Shown: piece after piece, positions 24,808-38,443 of the stretch | Layout of the letters: the number at the start of each line of letters is the position of its first letter | Position numbering within the stretch: position 1 is the stretch's first letter | NCBI GenBank assembly: GCA_951406725.2 | Contig: OX597820.1 | Coordinates: forward strand, 79,484,001-79,548,000 | Source: Octopus vulgaris | Taxonomy: Eukaryota | Direction of reading: 5' to 3' | DNA: 64,000 bases | Translations under genes and position numbers: made by a program | Notes under the pieces: generated by a model | Seen by the model: the letters and a program-made list of their open reading frames with translations, nothing else | The model's database searches: none | What the model was told of the DNA's origin: nothing

Positions 24808-24933
24808 TGGGGTTGATTTGTTTGATAAACTCCTTCAAGATGGTGCCTCAGCATAGCTGATAGATTATCAAATGAAATGAAAATGAGTAAAATAAGTAGA
24901 AATGCCAGGTTAGTGAATGAGATTCTAACCACC

Positions 24934-25084
24934 AACTTGTTACCAGTTCAAATATATTTGGGGGACATATTCAAAGTTATGAGAAAGTCATTCTCTGTAT
25001 TTTGTGAATGAGAAAAGAGATTGAATGGTTTTTTTTTTTATGAGTTTGAATACGCTTCAAGCATATTTGAACTGGTAACAAGTT
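24934..25084. mobile_element. Fold-back MITE-like element with perfect 22-bp TIRs
   Basis: AACTTGTTACCAGTTCAAATAT (24934-24955) and its exact reverse complement (25063-25084). Confidence 0.75.
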
Positions 25085-25744
25085 TATATTTATATCTTAA
25101 CACTTTCACTTCATAAAATTCTACTTAATGCTGTCATTAATTCTAAAGAATTCCAAATTCAGTGTATGAAAAACAATATTTGAGGATAATATTTACGTTC
25201 TCTGCTGACAAACTGATATAGGCATGTCTGGATTTTGATGCAATGGACTGTGAAGAACTACTGAAATAGTTGATCGATCCCAAAAGCGCTGATGTAGGGA
25301 AGGCTTGATACCAGCCTGTCTGGTGTGAGGATAGTTGCTGGCAAAATAAACTGCCGATTTGAAAAATTCATGTTTGAGTCACTGGGGTATCACAAATACA
25401 ACAATGAGGTACCAACTACAAGATCATTAAATCATTTCTCATGAAATGGTAATTTATAGTTCTGATGGCAATGAGACTTTTTGTTTCATTTAATCCTTTT
25501 TTTTTTTTTTTTTTTTTTTTTTAGCAAAAAAACATTCTCTAGAATTGTCTGTTAAAATGGTTTTCATGAACTCTGCTCCTTAATAACTACTGGATTACAT
25601 TGAAAGAATGTGCTAATTTTACAGATGGAGAACCAACATCTAGTTTTCATGTCTAGCTCCAGAAATTTGGATTCCTCTAATTTGTTTACTCTTGAAAACG
25701 AATGTTTTAATAAGGCAAAAAAAAAAAGCAAAACAAACAAAAAC

Positions 25745-26029
25745 TGGGTTGTGGGTTCAATACCTGGCAGTGCATTGTATACTTGAGCAAAACATTTTAT
25801 TTCACATTGCTCTCCAGTCACCCTCAACTGGCAAAAATGAGTTGTACCTGTAATTCAAAAGGGGCCATCCTTGTCACATTCTGTGTTATGCTAGATCTCC
25901 CTGAGAACTCTATTAAGGGTATACATGTCTGTGGAGTGCTCAGCCACTTGCACGTTAATTTCATGAGCAGACTGTTCCATTGATCAGATCAACTGGAACC
26001 CTCATCGTCATAACCAACAGAGTGCCAGG
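25745..26029 (+). mobile_element. CORE-type SINE (family D)
   Basis: cttgagcaaaacattttatttcacattgctc...ctggcaaaaatgagttgtacctg...gtggagtgctcagccacttgcacgttaatttc. Further copies at about 40710-41018(+) and 61569-61885(-). Confidence 0.8.
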
Positions 26030-26960
26030 TATCTTACAACAAATAGTTTTAACACTTCTGTGGCAATTCTACTTCTTTTAAAAAAAAAAGCAACTTTTGT
26101 TATCCGTGTCAATCTGACTTTCCCACACAATACAACATCAAGCTTGCGTTTTACTGAAGCTGAGAAATTGATTTAAAACCTTACTACCTGTCACTGTTTG
26201 ATAGGTATCAATGTAGGTTACATACTTAAAAAAAAAAAAAACCTTATTTCCTCTATCTAATCTACTAATCTCAACATTATCTAATCCAGTTATCATCATC
26301 TTCAATATAAATATTAGTGTTATTGCATTAGCCTGGAAGTTAGGTTCACTATGTTCATTTTTTTTTCTTCCATTAGTGTTTTGTGGTTTTTACTTGCAAC
26401 TAATCAACCAACAAGATTTCTTTTTTCGCTCTTGTTTTTTTTTTTTCCCGCCTCTCAGAGGATACTCTTTAGTAGTTTTTGAATATCATTTCGGCCTTTG
26501 ATTTTTTTTTTTTTTAGAAAATGTATAAATCTTTTTTTTATCATAATATTTGTGTGTTTGCAAACTCCATTAGCTTTGTAAGATTAACAAGTTGCCTCTA
26601 TCCTCACTTTTATGTTTCAAGAGATTTCTGTTGTATTTGTGAATGTACTTAGATGAAATATCTTAACTTGTGTGTATTGGATAATGGATGTCTTTTGAGC
26701 CAAATGTTCAGCTTTTTGATGTCCATTTTAAATTGTGTAGCAACCAGTTTGTATGACAAACAACAGAACATAATTACTAAATTTTACATATAACATAGGC
26801 ATAGGTGTGACTGCGGTTAAGAAATTTGCTTCTCAGCTGTGTGGTTTTGAGTTCAGTCCTCCTGAGGGGCACCTTGGGCAAGTATCTTTTGCTATAGTCC
26901 CAGGCCAAGTATCTTCTGCTATAGTCCCAGGCCAACCAATGGAAGCTGAAAGAAGCCTGT

Positions 26961-27000
<40 letters not shown>

Positions 27001-28289
27001 CGTATGTATGTGTGTATGTTTGACTCCTTGACTTCACATTGTGGGATTGTTGTAGGTGAATGTCATTGTCAAACAGGCAGTGTCATTCCTTTCCAGTATT
27101 CTGCTAAAAAAGAAAATGTTTGAACATGGAGAAATATTACTTTACTTGGAAACAAGTTTGGGGTTGGCAACAGGAAGGATATCCAGCTGCAGAAAATTTA
27201 CCTCCATAAACTCTGCTTGACCCGTTCAAGCGTGGAAAAGTGGACTTCAATACGATGATGTGGACAAGTGAGATAAAAACAAAATAGGTAAACTAAAGGT
27301 AGTGACTACCAAATTGTGTTGGTTATCCACCGCAGTAACATAAGCAAAACAAGGAAGAAGCAATTGGTAAAAATATCAATTGGATTTCCCAACCTATTTG
27401 TACAATGTGATTCACAATAGGATAACCTTGTGCAAAGTTTAAGATTCTAAATCCTTACTGTTTCTACCATCATCATCATCATCATTTAACCTCTGCTTTC
27501 CATGCTGGCATGCATTGAACAGTTTGACTAGGAGCTGGCAAGCTGGGGGGCTGTACCAGGCTCCAATTGTCTATTTTGGCATGGTTTCTACAGCTGGATG
27601 CCCTTCCTAACATCAACCACTTTACAAAGTTTACTGGGTGCTTTTTATGTGGCACCAACATGGGAGCTTTTTTACATGGTGCCAGCACCGGTGCTTTATA
27701 TGTGGTTTTATTGTTTGTTTATTGCAGTTTTAAGATTAAACGATCTGTGTTATTCACATAAAATGTTTAACGGTGGAATATTTTCTTTTATTCGTGATAC
27801 AAACTGATAATCCTGTTAACAATATTGTATAAGTGGAGAAGTCCTTCTGAAATGAAGTGCATATTCATGGAAATTGTATTATCACTGAGGTACAGGCATG
27901 GCTGTATGGTTAAGAAGCTCACTTAGCAACTACATGGTTTTGTATTTGGTCCCACTACATGACATCTTAGGCAAGTGTCTTCTACTATAACCCTAGCTCG
28001 ATCAATGCCTAGTGAGTGAGGTTCGTAGGTGGAAACTGTGTGTTGGTTCTGTTTGTGTGTGTGTGACACCACTTGACAACCGTTGTTGGTTTGTCTACGT
28101 CTACGTTCGAGAAAAGAGACCAGTAGAATTAGAAGCAAACTTTGAAAAAAAAACAAATACTGGGATCAATCTGTTTGACTAAACCCATCAAGATGGTGCC
28201 CCAGCATGGCCGCCTTCAAGTGAATGAAACATGTAAAAGACAAACAATCTAGTTTACTTGTTTTTTTATTAGATGTTTATTTCTCAAGT

Positions 28290-28345
<56 letters not shown>

Positions 28346-29142
28346 TCTGTTCCATTCTCCATGTTTCTAATATTGTGTTGACATCCTTCTGAGTATATGG
28401 TAAGCTGCTAATCTCTTTCATTTCTCTGTTCTTCAGAAGTTTGAAGAAGATATTATCAGCCAACCGGACTTCTGTTTTGTTACTGCACACTAATTTTCTT
28501 CTCCGACATATTACACAAAACAAAAAAGCAAAAATAAAGAAAGAAAAAAATTATCACATTTAGCACCCTCTTGGGAAAATGAAGATTTCTTTGATAATTC
28601 TCTTCCATAATTGAAAATGTTATTTTTTCTTGTGTGTAATCTTGTTCTTAAAATTGGAGAATAATTCTGCAGATAACGCCTGATACATGTGTACACATCC
28701 ATACACCATACACACATGCATTTAGGCTAAAAAATATATTTTTTGGAAAAAAAAAATATGCAAAAAGAATTCTTTTGATTTTTGAAAATGTTGTAAAAAA
28801 AAATGTCTCGTAATTTATTATGTAAATTCTGCAAGAACTAAATTTTTGATAGAATAAAAATTACTGAAATACCTCAGGCAGGCTGTCTTTAATAATATCC
28901 TTTTTCTAATATAATTAATTCTTCCTGTGGTGCCATTTAAGAGTTGCCATTATTTCACAGAAGTGTTTCATTGCTTCTGACATAAACTTCTGCTGTGGAA
29001 TGGGACTGTTACCGTAAGTGCTTCATATGTGGTTACAAATCCACAAATGGTTTATGCTTAGCACATGGTTGATTCAATCTCTTTGATAATCTTCCACCTG
29101 ATCCTCCCTATTATATATATATTAATGATAATAATAATAATG

Positions 29143-29506
29143 ACAAGAGCACCCGGAGAGCGCAAACCTCAGCCAAGGCAACACCAACACCCTCTCAATG
29201 ATTAGCCGGAGATGATTTATAAAATGAGACTATCTGGAATAAACTCAACTGCTCTCGCAAACATGAATACTAAAAATGAACCTGACTGCTCTCAAAAATT
29301 AAGTAAAAAATGGAAAAATAAAATAATCCAGAATCCTTGTCTGGTACAGGATCGGTCCCAAAATCTAATCAGTTCATGCCAGTCATGAGGCTAAACATCC
29401 CTGAAAGTTTCCTCCAAATCCATCCAATGGTTCTTGAGATATCTTGTCCATGGACAAACAAACAAACATAACTGAAAACAATACCTCCACCATCGCTAAG
29501 GCAGAG
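29143..29506. mobile_element. Helentron-associated (HINE/DINE-like) non-autonomous element
   Basis: ACAAGAGCAC...GAGAGCGCAAACCTCAGCCAAGG at one end; ...GAAAGTTTCCTCCAAATCCATCC...(AAAC)n...AAAACAATACCTCCACCATCGCTAAGGCAGAG at the other. Layout of subterminal inverted repeat, stem-loop and microsatellite. Confidence 0.6.
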
Positions 29507-31047
29507 TGCAGGGATGTAAACACACCAACACTGGTTGTCAAGCGACAATAGGGGACAAACAGACACACACACACGCACGCACACACACACATGATAGTCT
29601 TCTTTCAGTTTCTGTCTACCAAATCCATTCATGAGGCTTCGGTCAGCTCGAGGCCATAGTAGGAGATACTTGCCCAAGGTGCTACACAGTGGGACTGAAC
29701 CCAGAACCATGTGGTTACATATTTACTTCTTAACCACACAGAGCAGGCACAGCTACATGGCTAGGAAACCTGCTCCCCATCTAGTTTTGTTTTCTGGCCC
29801 CACTTAATTATGACAGACAGTTTTAGGTGTGGCTGTGTGGTTTGCTTCCCAACTGTATGGTTCCAGGTTCACTGCATGGCACCTTGAGCAAATGTCTTTT
29901 AATATGGTTTTGGCTTGACCAAAGCCTTGTGAGTGAATTTCATCCACAGAAAGTGAAAGAAACTCATGTGTGTGTGTGTCCTTGTCTTGACATCATGTGA
30001 TGGTTGCAAATAAGTATCACTGTTGTTTGTTTCCAGTCCTCAATGAGAAACATGTCTGACTGCAAGGAATTATTACCTTGTCTGGAAGCAGGTTAGGTTT
30101 GACAATAGAAAGGGCATCTGGCCATAGAAAATCTGCCTCAGCAAAACTTTGTCTGATTCATGCTGGCATGAAAATGAGGACATATTAGAGAACAAATGTG
30201 TGCATTTTACATTATGAAATATTTAATAACTCTATAAAGTTAACCTTATGATTAAACAGCTGCTTCTTTCGTTTATATGTTTAATATATTGTAAATCCAG
30301 TCAAGATATATCTAAATGCTGCTGTTTAGACAGCATAATATCTTCTCCTATTTTAATATTTTCATATTCTCTGTAGCAGCTGAAAGTAATTGCTTGTATA
30401 GAACAAAATATTTGTGGCAACTCAAAGAAATAAATATAAATCTATAAAACCTCTCTTTAATCAAGCTGTAAAGTTTGATATACGTTATTCAAATTCCAGA
30501 AACATTTGGGAATAATTTCTTGCTCTTACTAGTTGTATTTAAATGAAGTTTATTTGGTGTACATGGCTTATAAGTTATGTTATGTCTAACCTTATATTAA
30601 AATTATTAAAATGCTATTATAACTGAATAGTTATAAGATGGGCTCTTAGTTCATGGTTCAGAGGATTGGGATTTATTACGAATATTCTTTGCTGTTTTTG
30701 TTCTAATTTTACTTGGTACAGGTCGAACGACTTCAAATCCGGTATTTAAGATTGGTATATTATTGCACCTTGGTACAGGCGTGGCTGTGCGGCTAAGAAG
30801 CTTGCTTTGCAACTAGATGGCTTCAGGCTCAGTTCCACTGTATGACATCTTGGGCATCTTGTACTATGACTTTCAACTGACTAATGTGTTGTGGGTGATA
30901 CACATTTACCACTTTAAAATGCAGCGCATTTGCTGGTCTAAGTAACAACATGCGGTCATGAAGGCCACAAACTGGTCTGGTTGTTGTAGATTAGATTTCA
31001 ACAGTTGGTGATTGGACAGAGATTCTGTTGTTCAAGCGATGAAATAA

Positions 31048-31280
31048 GTGATGATTGATGAAGCATCTGAGTGCAGAGTAGATTATGGATTAACGAAGGA
31101 AATGCTGCATCTTCTTTTGGTAGTAAGAAGACATTCTTTATGTAAATATCAAATCATAATGCTGCTTGGTATCAGGAGTTTGATGTATGACAGTGAAATA
31201 TGGGGAGCGAAGTCAAAAGGTTTGCAAGTACTGGAGAGGAATGGGTAACGCATCAGTAATATGACTCAGCATGTGCGAAT
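31048..31280 (+). pseudogene. Degenerate RTE reverse-transcriptase ORF fragment
   Basis: SLMYDSEIWGAKSKGLQVLERNG resembles the RTE motif LLYGSETW...LERNE. Confidence 0.55.
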
Positions 31281-31374
31281 GATTAGGTATTGTCAAAAGG
31301 AGGCTGTGTGTGTGTGTGTGGGGGGGAATGACAATGATGGTGATGTATGTTGGATGAAGTACTGTTAGATGGTG

Positions 31375-31407
<33 letters not shown>

Positions 31408-31464
31408 AAGATACACAAAAGAGATACAAGTGAAGGAAAAAACACTGAGATGGTATCAATTAAA

Positions 31465-32083
31465 TTAGCCCTTTAGCATTTAGATCACTCTGTCAAATGT
31501 AATGCTTAATTATTCACATTGTTTCCAATTAATCCTGTTCAAGAGGAATATCAACAATATTCGCTTGTAACTCTGTTCATTTTTTTATGTGTAGACTTGA
31601 AATTTTGTCAGTAGCTGTTTAAATACCGATGATTTACAGGAATATGTATTGGCATTTTAATATTTTTGAATGGTGTTCTGAAGATCTTCACTTTTCTTTA
31701 AAAGGAAAATATTAGAAACCTCTATATCTGACCTATTTAAAGACAAATCTTTGTTATTTTCTTTCAGTTTCTTCCACAATTTTGAAATCTTTGAATATAA
31801 ATTCTTCCAAGTTAGAATCACTACTTTCTGAACCCGTATCAGTAATTATAAAAATATAAACCTCCACTTCAAGTGATAAAAAGAAATATGTTGCCAAAAA
31901 TTTCACAGTTGCATTTAGGTAGAAAAGGTTTTATCTCGAAAATATGAGATTTTAATGGTGTGGTTGTTTAGTTTTAGAATGATATTGTAGGGTTAGTGTG
32001 AAAGGCCAGATCTGGCTGGTTTGAACAAAAAATGGGTAGAATATTTGAGCTGGATGTGGCCGGTTTAAATGTTAAAGAGTTAG
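31465..32083 (+). mobile_element. piggyBac-like MITE split by a ~400-bp AT-rich insert; TTAG on both flanks
   Basis: TTAG|CCCTTTAGCATT ... ATGTTAAAGAG|TTAG; both halves match the 4133 and 10212 copies. Confidence 0.65.
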
Positions 32084-33213
32084 ATCTTCAAAAGTTAACT
32101 TCACAGTGGAAACCATTTAGAATTGGAGAAGGATTGAGATTAGCTTCAGTTTCTAATTAAAATACAGATTTGGGTTTTATGGATGATGAATCTAAAATAA
32201 AACACTTTTTTAAAAAAAATAATTGATAATTATTGATTCCTTCCACCCCCTTTTTTAGTTGCATTTAGGCTTTATAGGGTGAAACAGACTATTTTTTTCT
32301 TTCTGCCAAATTTAGGAAAATACATGATGCAAATAACCACTTGGGAAGAGAATCTTAAGTCCCAATTTTTGGCGTTGTGAAATTACTCTTATATTTCAAA
32401 TTCAATTAGTTTCCATTCTTTATTCTATTTTGAGCAATGTACAAATCTATGATATTGAATAGTTATGAATAAACTATTATTGTTTCTATCAATTATTGTT
32501 TCTATGAAATCTAAAGAATCAATGTGATTTGTCGTTGGGTAGTTGTAGTTGTTGTCGTTTAACCCCAGGTCAACCCTGATCAAGTGGATATATCTTTGAT
32601 CTTCTTGTTTTATTCATTGGACTGTGGTCATGCTGGGGCATCACCTTGAAGGGTATGGCTGAATAAATTGACACCAGTACTAATTTTTTTTAAAGTCTGG
32701 TACTTAGTCAATTGATCTTTTTTGCTGAATCACCGAATTCTGAGGATGGAGACAAACTAGCTCTTGTCAAGTGATGGCAAGGGGGGTGCACAAAGATCCC
32801 CACTACTCGCAGGCTTCCCAACAGTTTCCATTTACTAAATTCACTTACAAGGTACTGGGTCAGTTCTAGGCTATAAATATAGTAGAAGACACTTGCTTAA
32901 GGTGCCATGCTGTAGAACTGAACCTGAAATCACAAGGTTGCAAAGTCAAGCTTCTTCTTCAGTTATTTTCATTATTACTGACATCAAGAATGCACAATTC
33001 TGTGTCATCTGTAACAAAATTGAGAGGTTTTCTCTTAGACTTAAAATTGTACTCTCAAAGTTACTAATAGTGATTCTAAAACGTGTTTTGATTGGTTAAT
33101 ATACCAAGTTTCTTTGGCAACTAAATACATAAAACAATCGATTCAATGTTTTTTCTGACATAAATTATCTAGCAAGAAGTGCTTAAGGAGCAAAGAATGG
33201 TGAACCAGTGATG

Positions 33214-33245
<32 letters not shown>

Positions 33246-35825
33246 GTCTAAATCTAATATTTTCATAGACAAGCTAACGGCAAACCAAAGAAAATACACC
33301 TACATGTTGTTCTGAAAAATAATCAATCAGATGAAGAACATGGGATTTGCTGTCAGTTAAATTGATAGGATTTGGGGGAAAGAATTTCTACAGCCTCTAT
33401 GGCATGTTGCCAGTGTTTATCTTCCCAATTTTATTATGATCGGCATTCACAATTTTATTCCTACTTTGTACGATTTGTGAAAAGTACAAATCTTCTTTAG
33501 TGTTGTGATTCATTTCGGAATATTTTCTCTGAGCTGTTGAATTAGTATGTTGAATTATGTATGTGTATGTTGGAAGTGGTGTTCAGCGGCTGGTTGGATT
33601 TCTCTTTATGAAAGAACATTCTGTTTTCTAGTGGAATAACCTTTCTAGAAAAACATCTGCACTAACAATATGCACCAGCATGGGAAAATAGATGCAATCT
33701 CATCCTGCCATATTCCTTTCTTTTTTTTTTTTTTGTTTTCTTTTTCTCTTTTTCTATTCTCTTATTAACTCTCAATAAACCTTTATCTGCATCAGAGAGC
33801 TGCAGAGAAACTGTATTTCATTATTTTTACCACAATTATTTCGATAAAAAATGATTTGCTGTAAATATCTTTCCAACTGCAATGTGTGCGTGTGTGTTGA
33901 GCTTAGCATAATTTTATCTTTCTAAAATCTCTTTGCATCTGTAATTTATATTTTTATTTTAAATAATATGTCAGCTGTTGGTAAGAGTAATTCATTCTAT
34001 TTTCATTTGATTAAAAAGGGAAAAAAAATGCTGCACAAGGTGAAATTATTGATATTTCTCTTTTTGTCTTATTTTTCTATTAGTCAAATATGATTTTCAA
34101 GTGTTGAAATTATAAAAATTATGTATCACTGGCTGTTTCAAAAAACGACATGTTTCGTTTATGCCAATCTTTTTTTCTATGGTGTTTTCTATGCTTGTGT
34201 CTTTTCTTCCTGAAATTCTGTTTTCACTTCAGCAGTGAGTTTGACTGACAGCAGCTTTTATTACTTCATCTCTTGTCATGAATCATTCACCATGAACAGC
34301 AGTTGCATAACTCCTACGGTTTAATCAATGGTTTTTCTTCATGCTTAAATGAGGATCATCATCATCAGCAAGCAGTAACATCATCAGTGTCTTAACATCC
34401 ACTCTTCCATGCTTGCATGGGTCAGATGGAATTTGTTGAGGCAGATTTTTCTACAGCTGGATGCCCTTCCTGTTGCCAACCTTTGCCTGTTTTCATGCAA
34501 AGTAACATTTCCTCCATGACTAGACTTGGTTTTCATGGAAGATCGGCAACAATGTACACTGCTTGCATAACAGTGAAACCTGCTTACGACTACCACATGG
34601 AGTATCTTTTACTTGTTTCAGTCATTGGACTGTGGCCATGCTGGGGCACAATCTTGAAGGGTTTTAATCAAACTCCAGGACTTTTTTTAAAGTCTGGTAC
34701 TTATTCTATCAGTTTCTTTTGCTGAACCAATACATAATCAACACACACACACCACACACAGCAGGCTTCCACACAGTTTCTGGCCAACATATTAAAGAAC
34801 AGCAGTAGCTCAACATGTCATGTATGTAAACAACAATATGAAACTATTGACCATGTTGTCTCCATGTGCAACCTTCATGCACCTATATAGTATTTCAACT
34901 GGTATGATAGAGCAGCACAGTATATTCACTGGGTAATTTGTAAAAACATGGACCTGCCCCATGAGTAACACTCATACACGCACATGCACACATATGATTT
35001 CTTTCAGTTTCTGTCTGCCAAAGTCACTCAAGGCTTTAGTCAACCTGGGGCTATAGTAGAAGACACTTGCCCAAGGTGCCCATGCCCATGTGATGGGGAA
35101 GTCATTTTCTTACCACACTACTTACTTTCGATGTCTTCTACTATAGCCCCAGGCCAATCAAAACCTTGTGAGTGGATTTAGTAATTGGAAACTGAAATAA
35201 GCCTGTTGTGTGTATGTCAGTGTGTGTGTTTTAGTGTCTTCTTTTCTGGATATAGTTGTAAATGAGATTCACTATCATATAAATTGTGTCATTTATTTCC
35301 AGTCTTTCATGAAAACATGTCTAACCAAAAGGAAGTATTACTTTATTTACCAACATGTTAAGTGTTGGTGATAGAAAGAGCATCCAGCTGTTGAAAATGT
35401 ACCTCAACAAATTCTGTTCAGTTCATGCAAACAAGGAAAAGTGGATGTTAAGATGATGATGATGGCGGCACAAAAACCTCCCTTGTCACTCTCGCTATCT
35501 GATATGCAATGAACCTGTGATTGGCCATTGATAAACCTCTAATCAATAAGGCTATTCTTCATCAGTTGCAATACAAAACTAAAATAAATTTGATTTGTTA
35601 CCTTTGTAATATTGATTTTTCTATCATCTAATTAGTCTAAACATAGTGTGTTATTAAAAAAATTATTATTATTGCATTATTTTCAATAATTAATTATAAA
35701 TTTCTATTCTAGAATATAAAAAATGAAAATGTTTAACTTCAGTAAGAGTACAATTTTAGATACAATTTTTTGGGGGGTGGGGTATTATTAGTAGAGTATT
35801 ATTATCATCATCATCATTATTATTA

Positions 35826-35868
<43 letters not shown>

Positions 35869-36000
35869 GGCAGCAAGCTGGCAGAATTATTAGCATGCCA
35901 GGGGAAATGCTTAGCAGTATTTCATCTGTTGCTGTATTGAGTTCAAATTCCACTGAGGTCAACTTTGCTTTTCATCTTTTCAGGGTTGATAAATTAAGTA

Positions 36001-36210
36001 TTAACTCCAAGATTCCAAGTTCAATTCCAGGCAGTGAGCTTAATAATAATAATAATAATAATAACAACATAGAAAAACACCTTAGGAATGAGAACCCAGG
36101 TTCGAAATTTCCCCAAGACACCTAATGAAGGATGGAGAGTATATCAGCCAAAACGTTGTGTCAACAACAAGCAAGATAAGGACATATATCTGTCAAATGT
36201 AAATAATGTA
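36001..36210 (+). mobile_element. 5'-truncated copy of the tRNA-hammerhead element with decayed core (36117-36162)
   Basis: B-box remnant, (AAT)n, then GACAC-CTAATGA...CAGCC-AAAA-CGTT-GTGTC. Confidence 0.8.
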
Positions 36211-38002
36211 TCACATGGTGGGACTGAACCCTAAACCATGTGGTTGGTAAATAAATTTCTTCACCACCCAGTCATATCTGCCCCTATTATTTCAGTATAT
36301 TTTACAAAAGGAAAGCCACTTATCCCACATCTTCTCTTCCCTGATAATATTCATTTTGTTTTCCTGGATTTATTAGAAATGGTAAATTACCATAAATCAA
36401 AGCCTTTCATATTAGATTTGTCACATTGATTTTCTTTGTGCTTCAGTGTTCTCTCATAATGCAACACATTTTTTCCCTCCTCTTGAAACTATCTGCAGCA
36501 TTCTTTTAAGTATTATTAGAAATTTACCATAAAGCTTATCAAAATTCATAGCAGACATTCCCAGTAATAACAAAGTAAATCTGTTTGAAGAAATATTCAT
36601 GAAGTGTGTCGTATAAATTTTTTAATGATTTTAGAACTGTTATTATTAAGGTGGAAGCTTGAAATCCAAACTGCTATTGTCTATTAAGTGATGTTTTGTT
36701 TTTTCACTGTGTGACACTTGCTGTTGAAAGTTTTTAGCAATAAAGCAATTTAGATATGAATTGATTTCATTCTAGTGTGCATTTAATTGCATCATAAACC
36801 CATAAAGGAATCTTAAGTTTGTGTATGTGTGTGTTTACACCTAATATCATGTTTCTGAGCCAGGCTTCTTTCTGTTTTTTTTTTTTTTATTTGAAGCTGT
36901 GACATTGAGAAAGATGTGTGTATGTCTTTGTGTTTTTGTGTATAAAGTATTGCATTTATCCTCATTCATCATTGATCCGGAATAACACAATATGTTCCAC
37001 AAATTGATCTGTGGTAACACGGGTTGCTGATCAAAGATTCTGCTTGGACCACAAAAGCTTGCCTGAATGGACTATACACAATGCTGAGGACAACTTGGGA
37101 TCTTGGAACGAAACCTAGTTTTCCCCATTTGTTCATCATCATCATCATTCAAAGTCCATTTTTCATGCTGGCACAGGTTGGATGGTTTGACAGGAGCTGG
37201 TAAGGCCTGGGGCCACACCAGGCTCCTATTTTCTGCTTTGGCCCTTTTTAACACCAATCATTTTACAGAATGTACTGGGTGTGTTTTATACAGCACTAGC
37301 ATGGATGCTCCTTACATGGCTCCAGCATGGGCTGGTTCTATTATTCATTTATCACTAATTCATTAAACAGTTTTTTTATAAAATCAAACACCTGTGCTAA
37401 ATGAGAATAGATGTATTTACATTGTGTGTGTGTGTGTGCGCGTTTGTGTGTGTCTGTGGTAATAACATAGTTATATGTCTGAGGAAAGAGGGTTTTGCCC
37501 AAACCTCCTGAAGTCATAAATTATAAGAGATGGAAAAATCAGAGTTTAAGAGGGAGACCAGAAACTCTTCAAGGTGGCAGCCCTTGGAATGAAAGACTGT
37601 ATGCTATGTACAGAATGTTGGAAGAAAAGTAAAATACAGCTTTGATTGTAGGGAAAAGGGTGCAGTGGATTAGCTTTTGGTGGTTACTGTGGTTTACAAC
37701 CAATTAGTTTTAATAAACTGAATCCGGCAGAAGGAACTGATAGGTTTGGGGATAGTTCATTCATTTGTTTTTGTTTTGTTCTTGTAATTAAATGAGTTGA
37801 TTGGTTGTGGCAGAGATTTTAATGAATTAATAATGAGTGTCTTTCGCAACTTTGTAGTTCTCCCTTGATGTCAGTATTTGGCTCTGGTTTGATGAAGTAA
37901 AGCGAATGGGGGATAAAGCATCTCCAGGATTGAATGTCAATCTATCGCTTGTAATATTTCTAGAAAATGTGAAACTGAAACTTGAGCAACAGATATGAAC
38001 AC

Positions 38003-38443
38003 AGGCATGCAGGTTTTATTGTATGGTAAGAAGTTAGCTTTCCAACCGTATGGTTTCGGGTTCAGTCCCACTGTGTGGTACTTTTGACAAGTATCTTCCT
38101 CTATAGCTCTGGGCTGTCTGAAGACTTGTGAGTTGGTTTGGTAGACGGAAATTGAAAGTAGTCTCTCATCTGTGTGTGTGTGTGTTACTGTTTCCTTACT
38201 AGGATGTTGTGTAATAGTTGTATGTGAGTGTCATCGTCATGTAAGCAGTGTCCTTTATTTCCAGTCTTTTGAGACATGTCTGGTCATGGCAGAATATTGC
38301 TATACTTGAAAACGGGTGAATGTTGGTGACAGGAAGAGCATCCAGACATAGAAAATCTGCCTCAACAAATTCCATGCTACCCAAACAAGCATGGAGAAGT
38401 GAATGTTAAATGATGGTGATGATGATGATGATGGTTATGATGA
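38003..38443 (+). mobile_element. Family A' SINE: family A head and CORE with a different, RTE-type tail ending in (GAT)n
   Basis: Head as in family A; after (TG)n it switches to ...ggtgacaggaagagcatccagacatagaaaatctgcctcaacaaattcc...(GAT)n. Further copies at about 7375-7762(-), 26797-27260(+), 29825-30185(+), 35113-35463(+) and 51195-51668(-). Confidence 0.75.
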
